Shown here: positions 45,159 to 52,488 of the stretch, one piece after another
Numbering within the stretch: the first letter of the stretch is position 1
Layout of the letters: each line of letters begins with the position of its first letter
Virus record (IMG/VR): IMGVR_UViG_3300031963_006119
Source of the DNA: a virus
Lineage: Duplodnaviria > Heunggongvirae > Uroviricota > Caudoviricetes
Length of the DNA: 64,000 bases
Strand: one strand, 5' to 3'
Notes under the pieces: generated by a model
The model's input: only the letters and a program-made list of their open reading frames with translations
Told to the model about the DNA's origin: nothing
The model's database searches: none
Translations under genes and position numbers: made by a program

Positions 45159-45321
45159 ATACACATAGTAAGAAATTAACTAACAGAAAGAAAGATGATC
45201 AAAATGTTTAAGCAAATTAGAAAACATCAGATGTTTTGCATTCGCTGGTATCGACTACCAGGCGAGGGCCTTTCTGTAGGAGCAAGTTACGCATAACCAG
45301 TAACAGCTCAAAAAACAAAAA

Positions 45322-45362
45322 GACCCTCGGAATGTAAAATACTCCGGGGGTTTTTCTTTTAG
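45322..45362 (+). terminator. rho-independent terminator
   Basis: GACCCTCGGA...TCCGGGGG hairpin + TTTTTCTTTT. Confidence 0.6.
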
Positions 45363-45598
45363 TGCTATAGGAAACGAGATCCTGCTATCACTTTAAACTA
45401 GCAAATGGGCGGCCTAGGGGATGAAGTCTGTGGCGACAACACAGATGTTAAAATCCTAGAGTAGTTAAGAACACTATAGGGACGACTGGACTCATAGCCC
45501 AGAACTTTGTAAAAGGCGTTATTAGTGTTCTTAACTACACACTCTTCATTCGCCCTGCGACGGCGTCTAAAAGCATAGCGGAGAGTGTCACTAAGTTT

Positions 45599-45682
45599 GG
45601 AGATGTAGGAAAATTGGTAACCCCAGTGGACTGTAAATCCGCCGCCCTTCGGGCACTACTGGTTCGACTCCAGTCATCTCCA
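45599..45682 (+). tRNA. tRNA-Tyr (GTA), long variable arm
   Basis: Acceptor GGAGATG/CATCTCC, anticodon arm GTGGA-CTGTAAA-TCCGC, 84 nt, CCA. Confidence 0.75.
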
Positions 45683-45690
45683 CCAAACAT

Positions 45691-45762
45691 AGCCGCGTAG
45701 CTCAGAGGAAGAGCACTCGCTTGATAAGCGATAGGTCGACATTTCGAAACTGTCCGTGGCTA
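45691..45762 (+). tRNA. tRNA-Ile (GAT)
   Basis: AGCCGCGTAGCTCAGAGG..., anticodon loop TTGATAA, CCA. Confidence 0.7.
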
Positions 45763-45772
45763 CCAAATTAAT

Positions 45773-45843
45773 GTATCTCTAATGTAATGGCAGCATCACA
45801 GTCTCCAAAACTGTTCGTCGGGGTTCGAGTCCCTGGAGGTACG
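45773..45843 (+). tRNA. tRNA-Trp (CCA)
   Basis: Acceptor GTATCTC/GAGGTAC, anticodon arm ACAGT-CTCCAAA-ACTGT, T-arm CGGGGTTCGAGTCCCTG, CCA. Confidence 0.75.
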
Positions 45844-45853
45844 CCAAGTATAA

Positions 45854-45925
45854 CTCGCTTTAGTATAATGGATAATACAGTAGGCTTCTACCCTACGAAT
45901 ATGGGTTCGATTCCTGTAGGCGAGG
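45854..45925 (+). tRNA. tRNA-Arg (TCT)
   Basis: Acceptor CTCGCTT/AGGCGAG, anticodon arm GTAGG-CTTCTAC-CCTAC, CCA. Confidence 0.7.
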
Positions 45926-45935
45926 CCAGTAATAC

Positions 45936-46010
45936 GCACAGGTGGCAGAGAGGCCCAATGCAGTGGATTGCAAATCCGCAAAACCGTGAGTTCGAATCTC
46001 ACCCTGTGCT
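45936..46010 (+). tRNA. tRNA-Cys (GCA)
   Basis: Acceptor GCACAGG/CCTGTGC, anticodon loop TTGCAAA, T-arm GTGAGTTCGAATCTCAC, CCA. Confidence 0.7.
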
Positions 46011-46135
46011 CCAGTTACTGCAACAATCCGCTCGGGCTTCGTAGCGGAATGTAGTATTGAAGCCTATAAGTCCTGTGGAAGCAGGGGTCTAGATCCGTGT
46101 CCAAAGCGGTGTGGCTAACGAAGTGCCAAATTTAT

Positions 46136-46206
46136 TGGGGTATAGTGTAATGGTAGCACCACAGACTTTGACTCTGTTAGTCTAGGTTCGAACCCTAGTA
46201 CCCCTG
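46136..46206 (+). tRNA. tRNA-Gln (TTG)
   Basis: D-arm GTGT-AATGGTA-GCAC, anticodon arm ACAGA-CTTTGAC-TCTGT, T-arm CTAGGTTCGAACCCTAG, CCA; 1:72 pair uncertain. Confidence 0.65.
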
Positions 46207-46210
46207 CCAT

Positions 46211-46283
46211 AGTGATGTAGCATAGCGGCTAATGTACCTCCTTCATACGGAGTTTATCGTCGGTTCGAGTCCGACCATCACTA
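46211..46283 (+). tRNA. second tRNA with CAT anticodon (Met or lysidine-Ile2)
   Basis: Acceptor AGTGATG/CATCACT, anticodon loop TTCATAC, T-arm GTCGGTTCGAGTCCGAC, CCA. Confidence 0.7.
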
Positions 46284-46304
46284 CCAACTTTAAAGGAGAA
46301 ATAT

Positions 46305-46496
46305 ATGCCAACGATTAGATATCTTGATACTAGTATGTACGGATCGTATTTTGTCGACTGCGAAATATTAGAAAAAATAGACGAAGACACATTTAAGATT
46401 AAATTCTATGATGACAATATAGATGAATATGAAATAAAGGTAGTTGAGCGTGATCGTCTTGAGTTTCCTAAGTTTAGTGATTACGCATCTTATTAA
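46305..46496 (+). CDS. hypothetical small protein
   Basis: RBS AAAGGAGAAA then ATG; 63 aa; sits inside tRNA island. Confidence 0.45.
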   Translation: MPTIRYLDTSMYGSYFVDCEILEKIDEDTFKIKFYDDNIDEYEIKVVERDRLEFPKFSDYASY

Positions 46497-46670
46497 GGAG
46501 AAAACAAAATGGGGCGATCGTAGTTTTACTTATGATAGTAGCTTTAATTTACTTTATTGACAAAAATTTAAAATAGGAGAATGACATGAAACGTTCAAGT
46601 AAACGTTAGTGTCAACCTTGACCCCGTATTGGTCCTGGTTGGCACATTAAATCAATTTAATTACGACCAA

Positions 46671-46743
46671 CCACTTGTAGCGTTAACGGTAGCGCACTTG
46701 ACTCTTAATCAATGAGGTGTGAGTTCGAATCTCACCGGGTGGA
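46671..46743 (+). tRNA. tRNA-Lys (CTT)
   Basis: Acceptor CCACTTG/CGGGTGG (2 G-U), anticodon loop CTCTTAA, T-arm GTGAGTTCGAATCTCAC, CCA. Confidence 0.6.
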
Positions 46744-46750
46744 CCAATAC

Positions 46751-46823
46751 GGGAGTATGGTGAAATGGTTATCACAGCAGACTTTTAATCTGCCAGTTCC
46801 GGGTTCGAGTCCCGGTGCTCCTA
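46751..46823 (+). tRNA. tRNA-Lys (TTT)
   Basis: Acceptor GGGAGTA/TGCTCCT, D-arm GTGA-AATGGTTA-TCAC, anticodon arm GCAGA-CTTTTAA-TCTGC, CCA. Confidence 0.7.
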
Positions 46824-46837
46824 CCATAGATAAACAC

Positions 46838-46935
46838 ACTTTCAATCTGAATTGACAGATACAAACAACCAAGGGGAGCCTCTGGGTTCATCCAGTTTCA
46901 TCCTGAATTGACAGGAACAAGGTTGTAAGGGGAGC
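46838..46935 (+). repeat. two imperfect about 38-bp direct repeats (CTGAATTGACAG..AAGGGGAGCC)
   Basis: CAATCTGAATTGACAGATACAAACAACCAAGGGGAGCC and CATCCTGAATTGACAGGAACAAGGTTGTAAGGGGAGCC, each carrying a TTGACA hexamer. Confidence 0.5.
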
Positions 46936-46959
46936 CGAGTGTGTTTTTCTATGGTAATA

Positions 46960-47031
46960 CGGCCCTTGGTGAAATGGATATCATTTCGGTCTTCGAAACC
47001 GACGGTGGGAGTTCGATCCTCTCAGGGCCGG
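46960..47031 (+). tRNA. tRNA-Arg (TCG)
   Basis: Acceptor CGGCCCT/AGGGCCG, anticodon arm TCGGT-CTTCGAA-ACCGA, T-arm GGGAGTTCGATCCTCTC, CCA. Confidence 0.65.
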
Positions 47032-47041
47032 CCAAATATAT

Positions 47042-47113
47042 ACCCCTGTCGTTCAATGGATAGGATACCATGCTACGAACGTGGGGACGGTGGTTCGATT
47101 CCATCCAGGGGTG
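47042..47113 (+). tRNA. tRNA-Arg (ACG)
   Basis: Acceptor ACCCCTG/CAGGGGT, anticodon arm CCATG-CTACGAA-CGTGG, T-arm GGTGGTTCGATTCCATC, CCA. Confidence 0.7.
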
Positions 47114-47122
47114 CCAATCAAT

Positions 47123-47193
47123 GGTGTTGTTAGTGTAGTGGTAACACGACTGTCTGTGAAACAGTAGACCAGGGTTCGATTCCCGACTTCACC
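47123..47193 (+). tRNA. tRNA-His (GTG) with G-1/C73 but two T-T mismatches in acceptor stem
   Basis: D-arm GTGT-AGTGGTA-ACAC, anticodon arm ACTGT-CTGTGAA-ACAGT, extra 5' G and discriminator C typical of His, CCA; acceptor and T stems imperfect. Confidence 0.5.
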
Positions 47194-47332
47194 CCAAATT
47201 TGTAGTAACCAGCTAGGTGCTGTGTAAAAGGTGTTGCGGATAGTAGAGGTCTCATAGAGATAAGCTCGCTGTCGTTAAAGATCGTGACGCAAACTAATTG
47301 AGTTTTGTCTCAACCTACTACATTTTATTTTT

Positions 47333-47405
47333 GCCGCTTTAGCTGATGTGGTCATAGCAACGGATTGAAAATCCGAGGAACCCTGTTCGATCCGGGGAGG
47401 CGGCA
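47333..47405 (+). tRNA. tRNA-Phe (GAA)
   Basis: Acceptor GCCGCTT/AGGCGGC, anticodon loop TTGAAAA, T-arm CCCTGTTCGATCCGGGG, CCA. Confidence 0.7.
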
Positions 47406-47435
47406 CCATTAACTGTGTATGATTTTATATTATGG

Positions 47436-47510
47436 AGCGACCGGGGGATTCGAACCTCCGCTTCTTGGGTTACAGTCCCAAGTGTAGTGACCACTCTACT
47501 ACGAGTCGCA
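47436..47510 (-). tRNA. atypical tRNA on minus strand (anticodon region ACTGTAA/TGT, C33 or enlarged loop)
   Basis: Reverse complement reads GCGACTCGTAGTAGAGTGGTCACTACACTTGGGACTGTAACCCAAGAAGCGGAGGTTCGAATCCCCCGGTCGCTCCA: clear T-arm/CCA and D-arm GTAG/CTAC but 6-bp anticodon stem or 9-nt loop and imperfect acceptor. Confidence 0.45.
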
Positions 47511-47517
47511 TATTGAT

Positions 47518-48360
47518 TTAAGGTATTGTGCTACTAGTTGCCAACAGTTCTTTTATTTTGTCAAAAATTATCTTATTTCCTTCTGCGTTCATTGCATTAG
47601 CAGATTGTTGATAACCAATGTTATATTGGCTGTTATCTTTATATAGCTCGCGCATAGAAAGATCTACAGGTCCAGACGTAATAGTATACCAAGAAGGGTA
47701 CCATTGATCTTTACTAAAAAAATGTACACAGGGTATTTTTTTATTATGCAAGTACGAATCAATTTGCATTAATGCCCCATAGTATCTGTTTAATTGTAAA
47801 TCTGGATGATACATATATTTTCTAGTTAGTTCAAAAGCAGTCCAAAGTTCTTGGTAAAACTTTTCATCGTCTGATGCTATTCGAACCTGATCTAATAGTG
47901 CTTGTTTAATTTCACTACTATCCCCATCTTGCCATTTTATAAATGCATCAGTATAGTTTTCAAAATGAATGTTATAATATTCTAATAATTGTAAACATGC
48001 TCCGTTAGGGACGTTTTCAAAAAAATCAATATAAAAATCATGTTCTTTAAAGTCAGTTCCCCACATTGATTCTACCCAATTTCGAGCAGTGTATTTTCTA
48101 TCAAATGTAGTTTTGTCTATGTTCGAAACATCTTTGTTCCAGCTAGGCATAAAGATATGATACGGTGCGGCATGGAATATAATTGCTGTATCTAGTTTTT
48201 TAGTTTTCTTTAAATTGAATAATATTCTTTCCTCACTGCAATGTGGGATTCCAGAATGGACAATATTAGCATCAAACTCTTTTTTTAATAAACTTACAAA
48301 ATTCCATTCTTGGTTAGGATCATATCTAGAAATACTATCTCCATACACACCTATGTTCAT
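47518..48360 (-). CDS. hypothetical protein (possible SGNH-type hydrolase), opposite strand
   Basis: 280-aa ORF on - strand starting MNIGVYGDSIS (GDS block); divergent from promoter at 48446. Confidence 0.45.
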   Translation of the reverse strand: MNIGVYGDSISRYDPNQEWNFVSLLKKEFDANIVHSGIPHCSEERILFNLKKTKKLDTAIIFHAAPYHIFMPSWNKDVSNIDKTTFDRKYTARNWVESMWGTDFKEHDFYIDFFENVPNGACLQLLEYYNIHFENYTDAFIKWQDGDSSEIKQALLDQVRIASDDEKFYQELWTAFELTRKYMYHPDLQLNRYYGALMQIDSYLHNKKIPCVHFFSKDQWYPSWYTITSGPVDLSMRELYKDNSQYNIGYQQSANAMNAEGNKIIFDKIKELLATSSTIP

Positions 48361-48445
48361 TCTGAACTCCTAAAAAAGTATTTAGTAGTAGTTTTTTTTT
48401 AAAAATTATATGTGGATCGGTAGAAGATTAATTTTACCACACCAG

Positions 48446-48474
48446 TTGACAACATTACAACTTGACTATATAAT
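48446..48474 (+). promoter_or_regulatory. consensus sigma70 promoter TTGACA-17-TATAAT
   Basis: TTGACA 48446-48451, TATAAT 48469-48474. Confidence 0.55.
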
Positions 48475-48480
48475 AGCAAT

Positions 48481-48711
48481 ATGTATAACGTAATAGGAAA
48501 AGAAGAAACACTCAAAGTTCTTACACTTGCTGAAGCAATGAATGTTGCAAAGCATATGAATGAATATGTAACTATCGTTGGAAAAGATTTTGAAATCGTT
48601 GGCATATTTGGTGCTGACACAGTGAGCAATGGTAAACTACCAAGTGGTCACGATTACACTTGGAACAAGGCTAGCCGAATTGGTCGTGTGAAAAAAGAAC
48701 GTTCATCATGA
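48481..48711 (+). CDS. hypothetical small protein
   Basis: 76 aa. Confidence 0.4.
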   Translation: MYNVIGKEETLKVLTLAEAMNVAKHMNEYVTIVGKDFEIVGIFGADTVSNGKLPSGHDYTWNKASRIGRVKKERSS

Positions 48712-49109
48712 TAAAAGAACTATTCGAAGGCCTTGATGAAAAAACAAAAACCTGCGGAATGTGCTTATTGAATCTTCCTTTAGGAATGTTTGGTACAGAT
48801 GGTGGTGCAAAGTATCTTAGATATGAATGTAAACCATGTGCAAAGAAACAATCTGCTTTATTGAAGAAGATAAAATCGACTGCACCTATTAGACCTAAAG
48901 ATTATACATGCCCTATTTGTAACAGAAACGAAGAAGAAGCAAAGGGACACAATCCTAATAAAAAAGGAGTTTGGTGTGCAGACCACGATCATGCTACTGG
49001 AAAATTTAGAGGTTGGCTTTGTCATAAATGTAATTTAGGGTTAGGTAATATGAATGATGATATTAGTAGACTAGAATCTGCTATAAAATACTTAAAGGAG
49101 CGAGTATAA
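48708..49109 (+). CDS. recombination endonuclease VII-like Holliday junction resolvase
   Basis: CxxC...CxxC zinc cluster and [23 protein letters not shown] block characteristic of T4 gp49/Endo VII family. Confidence 0.6.
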   Translation: MIKELFEGLDEKTKTCGMCLLNLPLGMFGTDGGAKYLRYECKPCAKKQSALLKKIKSTAPIRPKDYTCPICNRNEEEAKGHNPNKKGVWCADHDHATGKFRGWLCHKCNLGLGNMNDDISRLESAIKYLKERV

Positions 49110-49576
49110 TGCCTTGGATTGAAAATGTAGCAGCCGCTGATATTCCAACAGGATTCCATCACGACGCCGGCGCTAACAGTATGCTGATCAGTATTGTGGA
49201 TCCTGCCAGCTGGCGTCCTGAAGCTAAACACCAATTCAAAGAGCGTCATAACTTTGAATTTTTAGATGTAGAAGAAAAAGACGAAGTGTTAGAGGAAGCA
49301 ATGAAGTGTAGTCACGAGCAGGCCGCAGAGCTTGTTCGACTGCTACAACACGCATTAGAGAACCGTATGAATGTTGTTGTGCATTGTTATGCAGGCGTAT
49401 GTCGTAGTGGTGCTGTGTGCGAAGTCGGAGTCATGATGGGCTTCAATGACACAGAACGTTTCCGTAGTCCAAACTTGCTAGTCAAGCATCGTATGATGAA
49501 GGCTTTGGGTTGGACATATGATGCTGACGAAAAACCAAACATTGATGATTGGCGTACATTTAGGAGTATTGATTAA
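49109..49576 (+). CDS. dual-specificity/protein-tyrosine phosphatase-like protein
   Basis: CX5R P-loop VHCYAGVCRSGAV. Confidence 0.6.
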   Translation: MPWIENVAAADIPTGFHHDAGANSMLISIVDPASWRPEAKHQFKERHNFEFLDVEEKDEVLEEAMKCSHEQAAELVRLLQHALENRMNVVVHCYAGVCRSGAVCEVGVMMGFNDTERFRSPNLLVKHRMMKALGWTYDADEKPNIDDWRTFRSID

Positions 49577-49767
49577 TGTATCTATGTAGAGAAGAAGTTC
49601 AAAAGATTCTGGACACTATAGACAAGTTTCCGGAGGCTACTAGTTTTGAGTTAATTCAAGACAACCACAGTGGCATTGGTAGTGTTACTGCGCTTATTGT
49701 GCATACCACAATTAACGGACTCCCTGGTGAGTTTAAAACTGAAATATCTGGCGTGGAGAATTGGTAA
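49576..49767 (+). CDS. hypothetical small protein
   Basis: 63 aa. Confidence 0.35.
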   Translation: MYLCREEVQKILDTIDKFPEATSFELIQDNHSGIGSVTALIVHTTINGLPGEFKTEISGVENW

Positions 49768-49988
49768 TGTATAAAACTATGTACAAAGAAGTTGAAGTTG
49801 ATGTTGATCTCAGCGACTTCGACACAGACGACTTAATTGAAGAATTGGAAAGCCGCGGCGCAGGTGTAACCGACTACGGTGATGGCAAAGATATTCTTAA
49901 TGCTATCTACGAAAAACGTAGACTGGGCAAAGACTATCAACAAGATTTAGATCAATTGATTTGGTTGGGTTTAGGGAAGATTCTATGA
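49761..49988 (+). CDS. hypothetical small acidic protein
   Basis: 75 aa. Confidence 0.35.
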   Translation: MVMYKTMYKEVEVDVDLSDFDTDDLIEELESRGAGVTDYGDGKDILNAIYEKRRLGKDYQQDLDQLIWLGLGKIL

Positions 49989-50001
49989 GTGGAGGATTGT
50001 A

Positions 50002-50517
50002 ATGTCTGTGTGTTATCAACTAGTTGGAGTTCCTGGTGCAGGTAAATCTACTTGGCTAGACAATCAAGACTGGATCAAAGGATTTGTTTCATTTGGTCAA
50101 ACTGGAATTAATTACTGGACTCCAAAAAGTGACTACGTAATAGTTTCTACAGATTACTTTGTAGAACGATTTGCTCGTCGAATGGGTTCAACCTATTCGG
50201 AAGTTTTTGATAAGGTAATGCCTAGAGCTATTCGTTTAATGATGCGTCGAGTTCGAAAAGCGCAGTCTGAAGGTCGCCGCATTATTTGGGATCAAACATC
50301 TACAACTTTGGCAAGTCGTAAACGTAAGTTTAATGCCTTGCCAGACTATGAGCATGTTGCTGTAGTGTTTAAGACTCCGGACTGGACAGAATTAGAACGT
50401 AGACTAAGCAATCGTCCTAACAAGATCGTTCCATTAGAAGTTGTTAAAAGTATGATTGATAACTTTGAAATGCCGACTGAAGCAGAAGGATTTAAAGAAA
50501 TCTGGTACGCTGATTAA
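50002..50517 (+). CDS. P-loop kinase-like protein (polynucleotide kinase / zeta-toxin-like)
   Basis: Walker A GVPGAGKST at N-terminus, 171 aa. Confidence 0.5.
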   Translation: MSVCYQLVGVPGAGKSTWLDNQDWIKGFVSFGQTGINYWTPKSDYVIVSTDYFVERFARRMGSTYSEVFDKVMPRAIRLMMRRVRKAQSEGRRIIWDQTSTTLASRKRKFNALPDYEHVAVVFKTPDWTELERRLSNRPNKIVPLEVVKSMIDNFEMPTEAEGFKEIWYAD

Positions 50518-50558
50518 CTGTGGCTTTTTTTTACAACATGCCCTGTCAGTCTATTTGG

Positions 50559-50587
50559 TTGACAGGGCTTTGTCTTGACTATATAAT
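50559..50587 (+). promoter_or_regulatory. sigma70-like promoter TTGACA-17-TATAAT overlapping an inverted repeat
   Basis: CCCTGTCA...TGACAGGG hairpin; TTGACA 50559-50564, TATAAT 50582-50587. Confidence 0.5.
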
Positions 50588-50618
50588 ATATGCATTACTA
50601 AAGATAAGAGAGAAAAAA

Positions 50619-51176
50619 ATGACAACTTGGTTGACTAGTGACCTGCATTTTGGACACGCAAACATTATGAACTTTTGTTCACAAGCAAGAGCAAGATTTC
50701 ATAATGATGTAACGTACATGAACGAAAAAATGATAGAAGAATGGAATGAAACTATTGCTCAAGATGACACCGTTTACATTCTAGGAGATGTTGCATTTCT
50801 TCCAGCTGACAAAGCTGTAAAGATTTTGCAACGATTGAATGGCAGAAAAATTTTGATTGAAGGAAATCACGATCGTAAACTGTTAAATGATCCAGTGTTT
50901 CGTAGATGTTTTGTAGAAATACATCCGTATTTGTGCATTAACTACGAAAAGACTCGTGTAGTAATGTTTCACTATCCTATTGCAGAATGGGATCAAATGC
51001 ATAGAGGTGCTGTTCACTTTCATGGTCACTTACACGGTGGCAAGAGTGGATTAGAAGAATATCGTGCAAGAGACATGGGTATGGATGCAACAGGAATGAT
51101 TGCGGTTACTATGGAGCGAGCCATTGCTGATGCAATGACTGGCAAGGTTAAAGGACACCACACCACTGTTATGTAA
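50619..51176 (+). CDS. calcineurin-like metallophosphoesterase
   Basis: RBS AGAGAGAAAAAAATG; SDLHFGH, GDVAF, GNHD, HYP, HGHLH motifs. Confidence 0.65.
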   Translation: MTTWLTSDLHFGHANIMNFCSQARARFHNDVTYMNEKMIEEWNETIAQDDTVYILGDVAFLPADKAVKILQRLNGRKILIEGNHDRKLLNDPVFRRCFVEIHPYLCINYEKTRVVMFHYPIAEWDQMHRGAVHFHGHLHGGKSGLEEYRARDMGMDATGMIAVTMERAIADAMTGKVKGHHTTVM

Positions 51177-51179
51177 GGA

Positions 51180-51689
51180 GTGATTATGACAATCGTAGAA
51201 AGAGCTAGGGTATTTGCAACAGCGGCACATTCAGCTGTAGCTCAACTTCGTAAGTACACAGGTGAACCATACATCGTTCACCCTGCTGAAGTTGTTCGCA
51301 TTGTTAGTACAGTGACTCACACTGACGCAATGTTAGCGGCGGCTTGGTTACATGATGTTGTAGAAGACACTGGTGTTACTAACGAAGTGATCCGTGCTGA
51401 ATTCGGAGACGAAGTTGCAGAGTTAGTGGGATGGTTAACTGATGTTAGTCGTCCTGAACAAGGCAATCGAGCTGTGCGCAAGGCTATTGACAGGGCACAC
51501 TCTGCTATGGCACCGGCAGCGGCGCAAACAGTAAAGTTAGCTGACTTAATCTCTAACACTCGTAGTATTATGGCACACGATGAAAAGTTTGCTAGAACAT
51601 ACTTAGAAGAAAAGAGATTGTTGTTAGAAGTAATGACTAAGGGCGATCCTGTGTTATTAGCTGAAGCTAGAAAGAATATCAGCAAATGA
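51180..51689 (+). CDS. HD-domain phosphohydrolase
   Basis: H...HD motif (AAHSA...AAWLHDVVED), 169 aa. Confidence 0.55.
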   Translation: MIMTIVERARVFATAAHSAVAQLRKYTGEPYIVHPAEVVRIVSTVTHTDAMLAAAWLHDVVEDTGVTNEVIRAEFGDEVAELVGWLTDVSRPEQGNRAVRKAIDRAHSAMAPAAAQTVKLADLISNTRSIMAHDEKFARTYLEEKRLLLEVMTKGDPVLLAEARKNISK

Positions 51690-51777
51690 CATATCGTCAG
51701 TACTATTGGCGAGAGATGATGAGAGCTCTCAAGGCTTTCATCATCTACTCACGGGGATTCATTTTAGGTAAACGTAT

Positions 51778-51939
51778 ATGAAAATTAAATTTGATAAAGA
51801 AACTATGCCCGACGAATTGTATAATGCACTACTACAGCATTTTGTAAATGAAGCAGTTGGACTAGGAGTAGAAGTAACCAAGCATACTCGATTTGAAGAT
51901 TGGGTAGTTGAGTGCAACATCAAGGTACCATTACAATGA
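51778..51939 (+). CDS. possible small protein (53 aa, below ORF-track cutoff)
   Basis: ATGAAAATTAAATTTGAT... ORF in otherwise empty 220-bp gap; weak RBS. Confidence 0.25.
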   Translation: MKIKFDKETMPDELYNALLQHFVNEAVGLGVEVTKHTRFEDWVVECNIKVPLQ

Positions 51940-52115
51940 AGGACGAAAGTCATTTACCAGTAGCAGAACAGAGTCTAGTTTTTCGTTTGCGTAAGCGAGC
52001 AGAAATACGTAGGCAAATTAAAGATCGTAAATCAGTGCAAGAAGGTGCCAATGATCGCATTGCGGATCTCTTAGAGGAAGCCGCTAACGAAATTGAAAGA
52101 CTGCAAAATGAGTGA
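51912..52115 (+). CDS. hypothetical small protein (start uncertain)
   Basis: 67-aa ORF, coiled-coil-like. Confidence 0.3.
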   Translation: MQHQGTITMKDESHLPVAEQSLVFRLRKRAEIRRQIKDRKSVQEGANDRIADLLEEAANEIERLQNE

Positions 52116-52482
52116 ACTATATCAATATATATTTAGCGACTATGCAGGTACTGGAGAAGGGCGCACCATGTGCGTTCTAATCACACGAGCATATCCAAAA
52201 AAAGATGACTACGAAGTACAACCAGATTTTGTTACAGACGAAACAGGTAAAATGGTGTATGTTCCAGGCAAACTAAAGCATAGTCAAAAATTTATTGCGG
52301 CTAGAGAATTCAAAGAACGATTTGGAGACTTCTATATTCATTTCGCAGAGAATTTGAGCAAGGAAGACTTCTTAACCAGATCTGGTAGACTTTTACCTGA
52401 AATGGTGTTAAAATTAGTTAACAGTGAGGATCAGCCTGGCAATCTTTACTTTGCACAAGAATTCCATTTTAACTTTAGCTGA
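52093..52482 (+). CDS. hypothetical protein
   Basis: 129 aa. Confidence 0.4.
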   Translation: MKDCKMSELYQYIFSDYAGTGEGRTMCVLITRAYPKKDDYEVQPDFVTDETGKMVYVPGKLKHSQKFIAAREFKERFGDFYIHFAENLSKEDFLTRSGRLLPEMVLKLVNSEDQPGNLYFAQEFHFNFS

Positions 52483-52488
52483 GGACAT

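Noticed and set aside
45787-46044. ORF-track proteins 45787-46044(+), 45796-46002(-), 46939-47133(+), 40686-40982(-), 40930-41112(-), 41264-41467(-), 40361-40567(-)
   Set aside because: They are read through or antisense to tightly packed tRNA genes (GIEP/GFEP peptides are the reverse-complement signature of GGTTCGA T-loops). They have no RBS and are not real CDS.
46497-46620. Tiny ORFs (MIVALIYFIDKNLK and RBS-preceded MKRSSKR) between ORF 46305-46496 and tRNA-Lys
   Set aside because: They are too short to support. The 7-codon ORF with AGGAGAA RBS could be a leader peptide, but there is no corroborating evidence.
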